Below are positions 8,264 through 17,071 of a stretch of DNA of 64,000 nucleotides, in pieces (the first letter of the stretch is position 1; each line of letters starts with the position of its first letter). Below the pieces are notes generated by a model. It had not been told where the DNA came from and did not search any database. It was given only the letters and a program-made list of their open reading frames with translations. The position numbers were made by a program, and so were the translations under genes. Location: contig JADJSV010000003.1 in the NCBI GenBank assembly GCA_016711505.1, positions 133,165 to 197,164 of the forward strand, given 5' to 3'. This stretch comes from Bacteroidota bacterium. Its GTDB lineage: Bacteria; Bacteroidota; Bacteroidia; AKYH767-A; 2013-40CM-41-45.

Positions 8264-10222
8264 TTATTTCCACTCAAACGTCGACACCAGATGCTTAACA
8301 TCCTCTTCAACAAATGTCAGTACCGGTGCAATCGAATCCGGATTCGGTATAGCATAAAAATATAAAGCTCCCCTGATAAAATGTTTACTGCTGTCGGTCA
8401 GATAAAACTGAACTGCCGAGGCTGCATTTCCTTTTACAAAAGTGTAGAAGCCATAAACCTTCTTTTCGGGTTCATTGATCTCCTGCTCCTGCATACCGGA
8501 TGCTTTTGTGATGTGCTTTAAAGAAAGCGTCTGGCTGTCGTTTATGTAGCGCGCAAGGTCGTTGTTCACTGACTTATGACTTAAATATAAAGTGCCTTTG
8601 TATTTCGGCCATTCTACATTGTACCAGCATGGCTCTGCTGATGCCAGTGTGTCTTTTACGACAATTGAATATGTCGGAATTTCAAAAGAGAAGGAACAAT
8701 CATCTGCTTTAAACATCTGATATTTCTTCTCGGGAACTTCAATGCGGAAATAGCCTCTTGGCTTTGGATTGTATTCCTGCTCACATGATACAAGAATGGT
8801 CGATAAAAGAAATACAAGCAAGATATTCAGTGAAGTCATGCCGGTAAAACCATTGCTATTGTTCGCATCAACTTTTTTCTCAGGTAAAGTTATTTTCACA
8901 CGTTTGATTCTTTTTTTATCTGCTGATTCAATTGTGAATTGGATGTCATTCAGTTTTACAACCTGATTACGCTGTGGAATACTTCCCATCAATTCAAGTA
9001 TAAGCCCCGCTAAAGAATCAATTTCACTCTCTTCAAATTCCAGAAGTTTGTGATCGATCTCCATGATCCGGCAAATGTCGTTCAGGTTGGTCTTTCCTTC
9101 GAACACATAATTGTGATCGTCGAGTTTACTGTACGTCAATTCATCATCATCGAATTCGTCATTGATCTCACCGACAATTTCTTCAAGTACATCTTCCAAT
9201 GTCACAATTCCTGAACTTCCACCGTATTCATCTATCACAATTGCAAGGTGAATTTTCTTTTCCTGAAATTCCTGCAGCAAGTCGTTGATCTTTTTACTCT
9301 CCGGAACAAAATAAGCAGGACGCATTTGTTTCTGCCATTCAAATGTATCGTCGTTCTGAAGATCAAGATAGGGCAGAAGATCTTTTATACATAACACTCC
9401 GATAACTGTATCAAAAGAATTCTCATATACAGGAACACGCGAATATCTGTTCTCAAGAATCAATGGAAAAAGTTCGCTGAATTTCAGGTCTTTGTTGAAA
9501 GCAATTACATCCATTCTGGATTTCATGATCTGGCGGACATCAATATTGCCAAATCTCGCTATTCCTTTCAGGATCTTTTTTTCTTCTTCCGGCGTACTCT
9601 TGTCGCTGGTAATATCTATTGCATGAGTTAATTCATCGACTGATATGTCATATCCTTTTTGTCCGAATCGACGGTCTACTATAGAGGTGGAGGCAATCAG
9701 AAGATAACTGAATGGGCGAAGCAATTTGCTCAATGCATAAATTGGAAATACACTTTTTAAAGCAGAACGCAATGGATTCTGTGTTGCATAAACTTTAGGC
9801 ATCACTTCACAGAACAATACGATCACAAAGGTTACTGCTACAACCTGAATTAAAAACCCAACGGTCTGATGATTCTTAAAATCAAAAATATCTTCAATCA
9901 GTATTGATGACAAGACAACAATAGCGATGTTAACAAAATTGATTGAGATCAGTAGGGTGGCAAGCAAACGTTTCGGCCGTTCAAGTAAACTGTATACAAG
10001 TTTATGGCGTGACCGCTGAGATTCTTTCAACTCAAAAAGCTGAACCGGTGTAATTGCAAAAAAAGCTGTTTCTGCACCGGAGATAAATCCCGAGATCAAA
10101 AGCAAGCCGAATAAAACAACAACTTCTACTAAAAATTGAGCTGATAATGTAAATGCAGGGTTCAGAATGGATAAAATATCCTGCATCTGAATGATTAATA
10201 TAGGGTAACTACCGGGGTCCAA
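8264..10222 (-). CDS. gldE/gldD: gliding-motility protein GldE (CNNM/CorC-type: DUF21, CBS pair, CorC_HlyC) in one continuous reading frame with GldD-like lipoprotein; the GldD part is 8264..8839
   Basis: The N-terminal about 440 aa has four TM helices, CBS motifs and a CorC_HlyC end ...KRIKRVKITL. Without any stop it continues through the linker PEKKVDANNSNGFTG into MTSLNILLVFLLSTILVSC (lipoprotein signal), then 190 aa matching GldD size. The gldD ATG lies in an ATGA context. Confidence 0.6.
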   Translation of the reverse strand: MDPGSYPILIIQMQDILSILNPAFTLSAQFLVEVVVLFGLLLISGFISGAETAFFAITPVQLFELKESQRSRHKLVYSLLERPKRLLATLLISINFVNIAIVVLSSILIEDIFDFKNHQTVGFLIQVVAVTFVIVLFCEVMPKVYATQNPLRSALKSVFPIYALSKLLRPFSYLLIASTSIVDRRFGQKGYDISVDELTHAIDITSDKSTPEEEKKILKGIARFGNIDVRQIMKSRMDVIAFNKDLKFSELFPLILENRYSRVPVYENSFDTVIGVLCIKDLLPYLDLQNDDTFEWQKQMRPAYFVPESKKINDLLQEFQEKKIHLAIVIDEYGGSSGIVTLEDVLEEIVGEINDEFDDDELTYSKLDDHNYVFEGKTNLNDICRIMEIDHKLLEFEESEIDSLAGLILELMGSIPQRNQVVKLNDIQFTIESADKKRIKRVKITLPEKKVDANNSNGFTGMTSLNILLVFLLSTILVSCEQEYNPKPRGYFRIEVPEKKYQMFKADDCSFSFEIPTYSIVVKDTLASAEPCWYNVEWPKYKGTLYLSHKSVNNDLARYINDSQTLSLKHITKASGMQEQEINEPEKKVYGFYTFVKGNAASAVQFYLTDSSKHFIRGALYFYAIPNPDSIAPVLTFVEEDVKHLVSTFEWK

Positions 10223-10244
10223 GGAGTGTTGTTATAGGTTGCTA

Positions 10245-10292
10245 AAATAAAAAACAGGCACAAAGCTAAAAAAAACTTTGAGCCTGTTTTTA
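10245..10292. terminator. hairpin terminator downstream of ssb
   Basis: aacaggcacaaag-ctaaaaaaaa-ctttgagcctgtt forms a 13-bp stem with one mismatch, followed by a T-run. Confidence 0.5.
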
Positions 10293-10305
10293 ACATTTTA
10301 ATTGA

Positions 10306-10722
10306 TCAAAATGGAAGGTCGTCTGACGGTGCAGACGTTACTGCCATTTCAGGTGTCGATTGCGTACTGGCAGCCGGTTCCGGATTGTCAGTTCTCGGTC
10401 CACCTAACATTGTCATTTCTTCGGCAACAATTTCAGTAATGTACTTTTTATTGTTCTCATCACCATATTGACGGGTTTTGATCTTTCCTTCGATATAGAT
10501 CAATTTGCCTTTACGAACATACTTTTCAACGATTTCAGCCAGGCCTCGCCAAACAACGACATTGTGCCATTCTGTGGTTTCGATCTTCTGACCTTCTTTG
10601 TTCTTGTATGAATCTGATGTCGCCAGTGGAAAGCGTGCTAACGCTACACCACCCTCAAGGTATTTTACTTCCGGGTCTTTCCCCACGTGTCCTACAAGGA
10701 TCACTTTATTTACTCCGCTCAT
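10306..10722 (-). CDS. ssb: single-stranded DNA-binding protein
   Basis: OB-fold N-terminus MSGVNKVILVGHVGKDPEVKY, then ...WHNVVVW... and the acidic tail ending DDLPF. Confidence 0.9.
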   Translation of the reverse strand: MSGVNKVILVGHVGKDPEVKYLEGGVALARFPLATSDSYKNKEGQKIETTEWHNVVVWRGLAEIVEKYVRKGKLIYIEGKIKTRQYGDENNKKYITEIVAEEMTMLGGPRTDNPEPAASTQSTPEMAVTSAPSDDLPF

Positions 10723-10832
10723 TGTTTTTTGTTTTTAATTTGATTTATGACAACAAAGATAAAGCCTCAGTCTGCTTTTTGAAAACCGTATAATAAGGAA
10801 CTTATTTGCGGTATTTTTTTGTAGACTTCAAT

Positions 10833-11885
10833 TTACATTTGTTTCAGATACTCTTCAATTAATCTTGGAACAGCAAATTCTTTTACTGTAACTGAATTTA
10901 CTTTTTTCCAGTCTTCTTCCTTTTCATTAAACGATTTGAGGTCACTGCTTATTTCATAAAATGTTGCATGAATATGCTGATGACTCAAAATGTGTATATA
11001 CTCCTTACTGATATTTGTTAATTTCGATTTTCGTTTGCCAAATTGATCTCTCCACTCTTTCGACGACATTACCTTTCCTTCACTCTCGGCTGCAGATGTT
11101 TCAATTAATGGAAAATCATGCAAGCCTGTCCAGATATCTTTTTCTTTCCTTTGACGAATGAAAAAATTATCCTTTTCACGTATGACAAGATAGTGAAAAA
11201 ATCGCTTCCTGATTTTGGTTTTTTTCGATTTAACAGGAAGAGAATCGACCACGTTATTTGAATAGGCATAACATGTTGCTTGCAATGGACACACTGAACA
11301 ATCCGGCGAAACAGGTTTACATTGTCGCGACCCAAATTCCATGATCGCCTGATTAAAAATGTCAGGCGGATGCTTTCCTAAAAGGTCGTTTGCAAGGGCT
11401 ATGAATTCTTTTTTCCCCGCCCCGGAATCAATAGGGGTAGAAATTCCGGAATACCTGCTCAAAACCCTGAAAACATTTCCATCTACCACAGCATGGGGTA
11501 ACTTAAATGCAAATGACGCAATTGCTGCTGCTGTATAATCACCAATACCTTTCAGGGATTTAATTTCTTCAAATTCCTGTGGAAACGAACCATTAAAGCG
11601 AACCACAATGTCCTTTGCAGCTTTGTGTAGATTTCGGGCCCGGGAATAATAGCCTAAGCCTTGCCAGAGCTTAAGTATAGCGTCTTCTGAAGCATTTGCC
11701 AGTTCATGGACGTTAGTATATTTATCGGTGAACCGGTGATAGTAAGCCATTCCCTGGTCTACCCTGGTCTGCTGTAGTATTATCTCTGAAAGCCAGATCT
11801 TATACGGGTCTGAAGTATTCCGCCATGGAAGATCACGCTTGTTTTTCTGATACCAGGAAATGATCTTTTTCCCAAATTCTCTCAT
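10833..11885 (-). CDS. mutY: A/G-specific adenine DNA glycosylase
   Basis: HhH-GPD start WYQKNKRDLPWR...LSEIILQQTRV. A C-x6-C-x2-C-x5-C iron-sulfur cluster loop. A C-terminal NUDIX-like domain. Confidence 0.85.
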   Translation of the reverse strand: MREFGKKIISWYQKNKRDLPWRNTSDPYKIWLSEIILQQTRVDQGMAYYHRFTDKYTNVHELANASEDAILKLWQGLGYYSRARNLHKAAKDIVVRFNGSFPQEFEEIKSLKGIGDYTAAAIASFAFKLPHAVVDGNVFRVLSRYSGISTPIDSGAGKKEFIALANDLLGKHPPDIFNQAIMEFGSRQCKPVSPDCSVCPLQATCYAYSNNVVDSLPVKSKKTKIRKRFFHYLVIREKDNFFIRQRKEKDIWTGLHDFPLIETSAAESEGKVMSSKEWRDQFGKRKSKLTNISKEYIHILSHQHIHATFYEISSDLKSFNEKEEDWKKVNSVTVKEFAVPRLIEEYLKQM

Positions 11886-12170
11886 CTTTCCAGATTGCTT
11901 TCTTCATCAATGAAGCCCGCGCCACGAAGTTACTAAATTCGATTGCCTGCGGTCGGCAAACGACGCCTTTTTCGGGAGGTCGTTGATAAAATATGTAGGA
12001 TATTTTAGTGAATTACCGTTAAAATTGAATTCAAATGACTTATAATCAAATAAATAGCCCCTAAAAAATTATTTTACATTCTTTAGTAAAATTTACCTCA
12101 ATAGGTTTTTGGATTTAATTTGAAGCGCTATCTTTGCCGCCCAATATTTAATTACCTAATACTCAAAGAA

Positions 12171-12485
12171 ATGACAAAAGCAGAATTAGTAGCCGAAATT
12201 TCAACTAAAACAGGAATCGAAAAAACTGTGGCTTTACAAGCAGTAGAAGCGGCTATGAAAGTGATAAAAAATACAATGTCCGATGGTGAGAACGTTTACT
12301 TACGTGGCTTCGGTTCATTCATCATTAAGAAGCGTGCTCAGAAGTTGGGACGTATCATCTCTAAGAACACGACCATCATTATACCTGAACATAACATCCC
12401 TGCATTCAAACCGGCGAAAACTTTCGCTAATAAGGTAAAGAATGCTAAGATCAAAAAGAATCAGACAACTGAAGCAATCGACTAA
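12171..12485 (+). CDS. hup: HU family DNA-binding protein
   Basis: MTKAELVAEISTKTGIEKTVALQAVEAAMKVIK...RGFGSF...PAFKPAKTF is the typical HU/IHF fold. I start the gene at the internal ATG at 12171 rather than the track's 12120. Confidence 0.8.
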   Translation: MTKAELVAEISTKTGIEKTVALQAVEAAMKVIKNTMSDGENVYLRGFGSFIIKKRAQKLGRIISKNTTIIIPEHNIPAFKPAKTFANKVKNAKIKKNQTTEAID

Positions 12486-12487
12486 GG

Positions 12488-13303
12488 ATGCAAAGCAGTA
12501 GAACCCGGTTGCTGGTCGTTCTTGGCGTCATTGCGTTGACTGCCGCGCTTTACTTTGCCCCGAAAAAAATTGAGAAAAAAGTTACTGCAGATACTCTTGC
12601 AGGTTTTTCAATTGATGATCAGATAAATGAGGTCAAGGGCAGATTGAAAAGTGAAGAGAAAGAACAGATCACAGCAATTGAAGATCTGCTGAAAAAAAAT
12701 CCTTCTGACAAGAATATTCAGGATTCTTTAGGAAAACTTTGGGATAGATTTCAAACTCCGCAAATTTCGTCTTATTATTACGAAGAAATTGCAAAGTCTG
12801 AATCGACAGAGCAAAATTGGATCAATGCTGCTTTTAGATATTTCGATGCCTTTAAAATGACCGGTGATTCTTTAAAAAGAACTTACTTCGTTAACAAAGC
12901 AATTGATAGCTACAAAAAAGTAATTGAAATAAATCCTAAGAACTACGATGCAAAAACCGATCTGGGCGTTTGCTATGCAGAGGGATCTTCAAACCCAATG
13001 CAAGGCATTCTGATGCTGAGAGAGGTTGCTGAAGAAGCTCCGAATCATCTGATGGCACAATACAATCTGGGTGTGCTCTCGGTTAAATCGGGTCAACTCG
13101 ATAAAGCTGTAGGACGATTCGAAAAAGTACTTGAAATTGACCCGACAATTGAAGATGCACGATTCCTTTTAGGAAAAACGTACATGCAAATGGGAAATAA
13201 TGCCTTTGCCCTCAGAAATTTTGAGACTTTGAAAAAAGAATCTAAAAATCAGGCACTGGTAAGTGAAGTAGAAAGTTTAATAAGTCAAATTAATAACCAC
13301 TAA
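12488..13303 (+). CDS. tetratricopeptide-repeat protein, membrane-anchored
   Basis: N-terminal TM helix, then several 34-aa TPR-like units (YDAKTDLGVCYAE..., AQYNLGVLSVKSGQLDKAV...). Confidence 0.65.
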   Translation: MQSSRTRLLVVLGVIALTAALYFAPKKIEKKVTADTLAGFSIDDQINEVKGRLKSEEKEQITAIEDLLKKNPSDKNIQDSLGKLWDRFQTPQISSYYYEEIAKSESTEQNWINAAFRYFDAFKMTGDSLKRTYFVNKAIDSYKKVIEINPKNYDAKTDLGVCYAEGSSNPMQGILMLREVAEEAPNHLMAQYNLGVLSVKSGQLDKAVGRFEKVLEIDPTIEDARFLLGKTYMQMGNNAFALRNFETLKKESKNQALVSEVESLISQINNH

Positions 13304-13315
13304 ACACAGTAAGTC

Positions 13316-13405
13316 ATGCCAAGCGGTAAAAAAAGAAAAAGACATAAGATGGCAACGCATAAGCGTAAAAAACGTCTTAGAAAAAACAGACATAAGAAAA
13401 AATAA
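13316..13405 (+). CDS. 29-aa Arg/Lys-rich peptide resembling ribosomal protein bS22
   Basis: ATG...TAA encodes MPSGKKRKRHKMATHKRKKRLRKNRHKKK. The pattern KKR.R.KMA.HK..KRLR matches mycobacterial bS22. It was missed by the ORF track because it is under 60 aa. Two small hairpins follow. Confidence 0.45.
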   Translation: MPSGKKRKRHKMATHKRKKRLRKNRHKKK

Positions 13406-13657
13406 ATAGTGGTTCTTAAGGCTTAGCCTTGGCATTCACCATGATCATGATGAGTTGACTGAAATCGCTCATCATGATTATTTATTTTTTCATTTGTTAA
13501 ACAGTACCCTTACATCATTATTCAGACCCGCTTTTCGGACATGTCTTGGTATGCGATGAGTCGTATGCCGTTCTCTCTCCGGACTAAGATGTAAAACTGT
13601 GGTTTTTATTTTCTGTGCTTATTGCATGATAATAGTGTGTTTATAAAGAATTTTTAG

Positions 13658-15223
13658 TTGAATAATGAATTAGTAATTAGCTCAACACCGGATGAGGTTA
13701 ATATTGCCTTGCTGGAAGACAAGCATATTGTCGAGCTAAATAGCGAAAAAAAAGATCAGCGATTTCAAGTCGGTGACATATATCTTGGACGGGTAAAAAA
13801 ACTTATTCAGGGCCTGAATGCTGCATTCGTAGATGTCGGTCATGAAAAAGATGCTTTTCTCCATTATCTGGATCTCGGACCTCAGGTCGATTCTCTTCTC
13901 AAACTTATCAAGCAATCTACATCAGGAAAAAATCCTGATCCGATGCTGGCAAATTTTCAGCTTGAGAAAGACATTGATAAAGGCGGAAAGATCAACAATG
14001 TCCTTTCCCCAAATCAATGGGTACTTGTACAAGTTGCTAAAGAACCGATCTCTTCGAAAGGTCCCCGGATCACATCTGAACTTTCTCTTGCAGGTAGATT
14101 TGTTGTACTCGTTCCATTCTCGGATACTGTCAACATTTCCCAGAAAATAAAAAGTGCTGAAGAAAGACAACGTCTGAAACGACTTGCTATGAGTATCAAG
14201 CCGAAAGGATTTGGACTTATTGTAAGAACTGTTGCTGACGGGAAAAAAGTTGCTGAGCTCGATAAAGATATTCAGGACCTCGTTTCCAAATGGAAGAGTG
14301 CTTTTGAAATGCTTCAGACTGCAAAGCCACCTCAGAAGATCTTAGGTGAATTAAATCGCACATCAACGATCTTGAGAGATCTTCTCAATCCAAACTTCAA
14401 TGCTATTCATGTTAATGATGCAGCATTGGCGGAGGAGATCAAGTCGTATATAAGCGGGATTGCTCCTGAGCAAACGGAAATTGTAAAACTGTATAAAGGC
14501 AAACTTCCGATCTTCGATAATTTCGGAATTGAAAAGCAGATAAAATCCAGTTTCGGAAAAACTGTTACAATGGCCAACGGTGCTTATCTCATCGTTGAAC
14601 ATACGGAAGCCATGCACGTCATCGATGTGAATAGCGGCGGCCGTACTAAAGGTGCAGATGATTCAACTCAGGAAGCAAATGCTCTCCAGGTAAATCTTGA
14701 TGCAGCAACAGAAGTTGCGCGTCAGCTTCGTTTGCGAGATATGGGCGGAATCATTGTTATCGATTTTATCGATATGCACAATCCGACAAACAGAAAGTTG
14801 CTTTTCGATAAACTGAAAAATGAAATGAAGCGCGATCGCGCTAAGCATACTATTCTTCCGCCATCTAAATTCGGTCTTATCCAGATCACCCGTCAGCGTG
14901 TTCGTCCGGAAACAAATATTACCACAGCAGAAAAATGTCCTGCATGTGATGGAACCGGCGAGATCAAAGCAAGTGTGCTTATCGTTGATGAAATAGAAAA
15001 TAACCTGCGTTATTTCGTACAGGAGCAGAATGAAAAAGAATTGCATCTTGCAATTCATCCATACCTTGAAGCGTATTTGAATAAAGGAACATTCTTCAAT
15101 CCTTCCATCGCTGCCAAGTGGAAAAAGAAATTCAAAGTAAAATTAAAAGTTACTGCGAATACGAATTACCATATGATGGAGTACCATTTTTTTAATAAGA
15201 TGGAGGAGGAGATTAAGATCTAG
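13658..15223 (+). CDS. rng: ribonuclease G / E family endoribonuclease
   Basis: S1 domain N-terminus GDIYLGRVKKLIQGLNAAFVDVG. Catalytic core ...MHVIDVNSG...GGIIVIDFIDM. Zn-link CPACDGTGE. Confidence 0.85.
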   Translation: MNNELVISSTPDEVNIALLEDKHIVELNSEKKDQRFQVGDIYLGRVKKLIQGLNAAFVDVGHEKDAFLHYLDLGPQVDSLLKLIKQSTSGKNPDPMLANFQLEKDIDKGGKINNVLSPNQWVLVQVAKEPISSKGPRITSELSLAGRFVVLVPFSDTVNISQKIKSAEERQRLKRLAMSIKPKGFGLIVRTVADGKKVAELDKDIQDLVSKWKSAFEMLQTAKPPQKILGELNRTSTILRDLLNPNFNAIHVNDAALAEEIKSYISGIAPEQTEIVKLYKGKLPIFDNFGIEKQIKSSFGKTVTMANGAYLIVEHTEAMHVIDVNSGGRTKGADDSTQEANALQVNLDAATEVARQLRLRDMGGIIVIDFIDMHNPTNRKLLFDKLKNEMKRDRAKHTILPPSKFGLIQITRQRVRPETNITTAEKCPACDGTGEIKASVLIVDEIENNLRYFVQEQNEKELHLAIHPYLEAYLNKGTFFNPSIAAKWKKKFKVKLKVTANTNYHMMEYHFFNKMEEEIKI

Positions 15224-15288
15224 TCTTGAATTTAAGTAAGCAGGTGTTTTACCTACACTTACTTTTAAACTTACACTTACTCTTTTTA

Positions 15289-15375
15289 TTAGGTCAAAGG
15301 TCAGAGGTCAAAGGTCAGAGGTCACGCAGCTTACATGAAAGCACCGTGACCTCTGACCTTTGACCTTTGACCTAA
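15289..15375. repeat. large imperfect palindrome built from tandem AGGTCAR heptamers
   Basis: Left arm aggtcaa-aggtcag-aggtcaa-aggtcag-aggtcac at 15291..15325. Right arm gtgacct-ctgacct-ttgacct-ttgacct at 15346..15373. Loop is about 20 nt. Confidence 0.7.
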
Positions 15376-15471
15376 TAACACTTCCCTATAAGTACACCTT
15401 TCACCCCAAATAAACCATTTTGCAAATTCCACAATTTTTCCCCACTTTCGCTTCACAAACCACATAACATC

Positions 15472-16482
15472 ATGAAAATCGTTAAAAAGATCCTTATCGT
15501 TATCGCAGTATTACTGCTTTTAATTTCTGCAATTGGATTAATTTTCTTTCCGGCACAAATTCATGTTGAAAGATCTGTTGTAATAAACAAAGACGTCAGC
15601 ACTGTTTATGAGCAGATCAGTAATCTTAAAAATTTCCAGTCATGGTCTCCATGGTATGATATGGACACTACTGCAAGTTATACTTACTCAGGACCGGAAT
15701 CAGGTGCAGGTCAGGCATTGCATTGGGATAGTAAAGAAAAGAACGTTGGTAAGGGTAGTCTGACGATCGCTGAAGTTGTTGAAGACTCCATGGTAAATAT
15801 GGATCTTGCAATGGCAGGCGGTGGCGAAGGTGCAAAGGCAATTTATACTTTGACTCCGGAAGGTGATGCAACAAAAATGACATGGTCAATGGATATGAAT
15901 GCAGGTATGAATCCATTAATGCGCATCATGGGTAAATTCATGGATGGAATGGTTGGTCCTGATTTCGAAAAAGGATTGAATAAATTAAAAGCACGTGTTG
16001 AAAGTATGCCTTCACTTTCAAGTTCAATTACAGTCGAAGAAGTTGAAGTTGATGACACTGAATACTTGTTTGTGCATGGCAAAGCAAACATCAATAATAT
16101 CAGTCAGTTTTTAGGAGCTTCATATGGAAAAATCGGTGCAGCATTGGGTAAACAAAAATTACAGATGGCAGGAGCTCCTTTTGCAATTTACTATTCCAAT
16201 TCACAAACTGAATGGGAAATGGATGCAGCAATTCCTGTAAGTGGTCCGGGAAAAGATGACGGAGAAATCAAAGCCGGAAAACTAAAAGCCGGAAAAGCTG
16301 TAATGGCGCGTTTCTTCGGTTCATATGAGCAAACAGGAATGGCACATCAGGCAGCCGATGAATTCATCAAGAAAAACAATAAGCAGGTGATCGGTGCACC
16401 TTGGGAAGTTTATGTAACTGATCCAATGGTAGAAAAGGATACTGCAAAATGGGAGACGGATATATTCTATCCCGTTCAATAA
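15472..16482 (+). CDS. membrane-anchored SRPBCC (polyketide-cyclase-like) plus GyrI-like small-molecule-binding protein
   Basis: N-terminal TM helix. The first half looks SRPBCC-like. The C-terminal half (FFGSYEQTGMAHQAADEFIKKNN...APWEVYVTDP) looks GyrI-like. Confidence 0.5.
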   Translation: MKIVKKILIVIAVLLLLISAIGLIFFPAQIHVERSVVINKDVSTVYEQISNLKNFQSWSPWYDMDTTASYTYSGPESGAGQALHWDSKEKNVGKGSLTIAEVVEDSMVNMDLAMAGGGEGAKAIYTLTPEGDATKMTWSMDMNAGMNPLMRIMGKFMDGMVGPDFEKGLNKLKARVESMPSLSSSITVEEVEVDDTEYLFVHGKANINNISQFLGASYGKIGAALGKQKLQMAGAPFAIYYSNSQTEWEMDAAIPVSGPGKDDGEIKAGKLKAGKAVMARFFGSYEQTGMAHQAADEFIKKNNKQVIGAPWEVYVTDPMVEKDTAKWETDIFYPVQ

Positions 16483-16484
16483 AC

Positions 16485-16946
16485 ATGCAACCAATTACCC
16501 CGGAGAAAGCTCGTTCAAAAGCTCTCAAGTTTTGCGCATATCAGGAACGGAGTCAGCAGGAAATGCGCGACAAAATTTATTCCTGGGGATTGCATCAGCG
16601 GGAAGTTGAAAGTATTATCTCTTATCTGATCGAAGAAGGTTTTTTAAAGGAAGAACGATTTGCCATCGCTTATGCGGGTGGAAAATTCAGGGTTAAAAAA
16701 TGGGGCAAGATCAAGATCAAACTTGCACTTAAAAATAAAAAGATCTCCGAGCCGCTTATCAAAAAAGCGCTCGGAGAAATTTCTGATTCTGATTACAGAA
16801 AAATGCTGCAGAAAGTTATTTCTGCGAAAGAGAAACTTGTAACGGAAAAAGATCCTTATAAAAGGAAATATAAAATTGCTTCTTATGCTATTTCTCGGGG
16901 GTTTGAACCGCAGCTTGTCTGGGAAGTGATGGGGTCAGAGGATTAA
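16485..16946 (+). CDS. recX: recombination regulator RecX
   Basis: ALKFCAYQERSQQEMRDKIYSWGL...IISYLIEEGFLKEERFAIAYAG...KWGKIKI matches the three-repeat RecX pattern. I start the gene at MQPITPEK. Confidence 0.75.
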   Translation: MQPITPEKARSKALKFCAYQERSQQEMRDKIYSWGLHQREVESIISYLIEEGFLKEERFAIAYAGGKFRVKKWGKIKIKLALKNKKISEPLIKKALGEISDSDYRKMLQKVISAKEKLVTEKDPYKRKYKIASYAISRGFEPQLVWEVMGSED

Positions 16947-17071
16947 TTTTTATTTGGACCTTAGAAAGTAAGATCAGCGTAAATTTTACAGACATCAGAC
17001 AATAAGTTGAATCATTTTGTTTCTTATTGTCAATAAAATTTTATTTTTACGGTAATCAAAATGTCCTGAAC

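Noticed and set aside
15291-15325. AGGTCA repeats as nuclear-receptor response elements
   Set aside because: This is a eukaryotic transcription-factor motif. In a bacterial genome the resemblance is coincidental, and the array is treated as a bacterial repeat.
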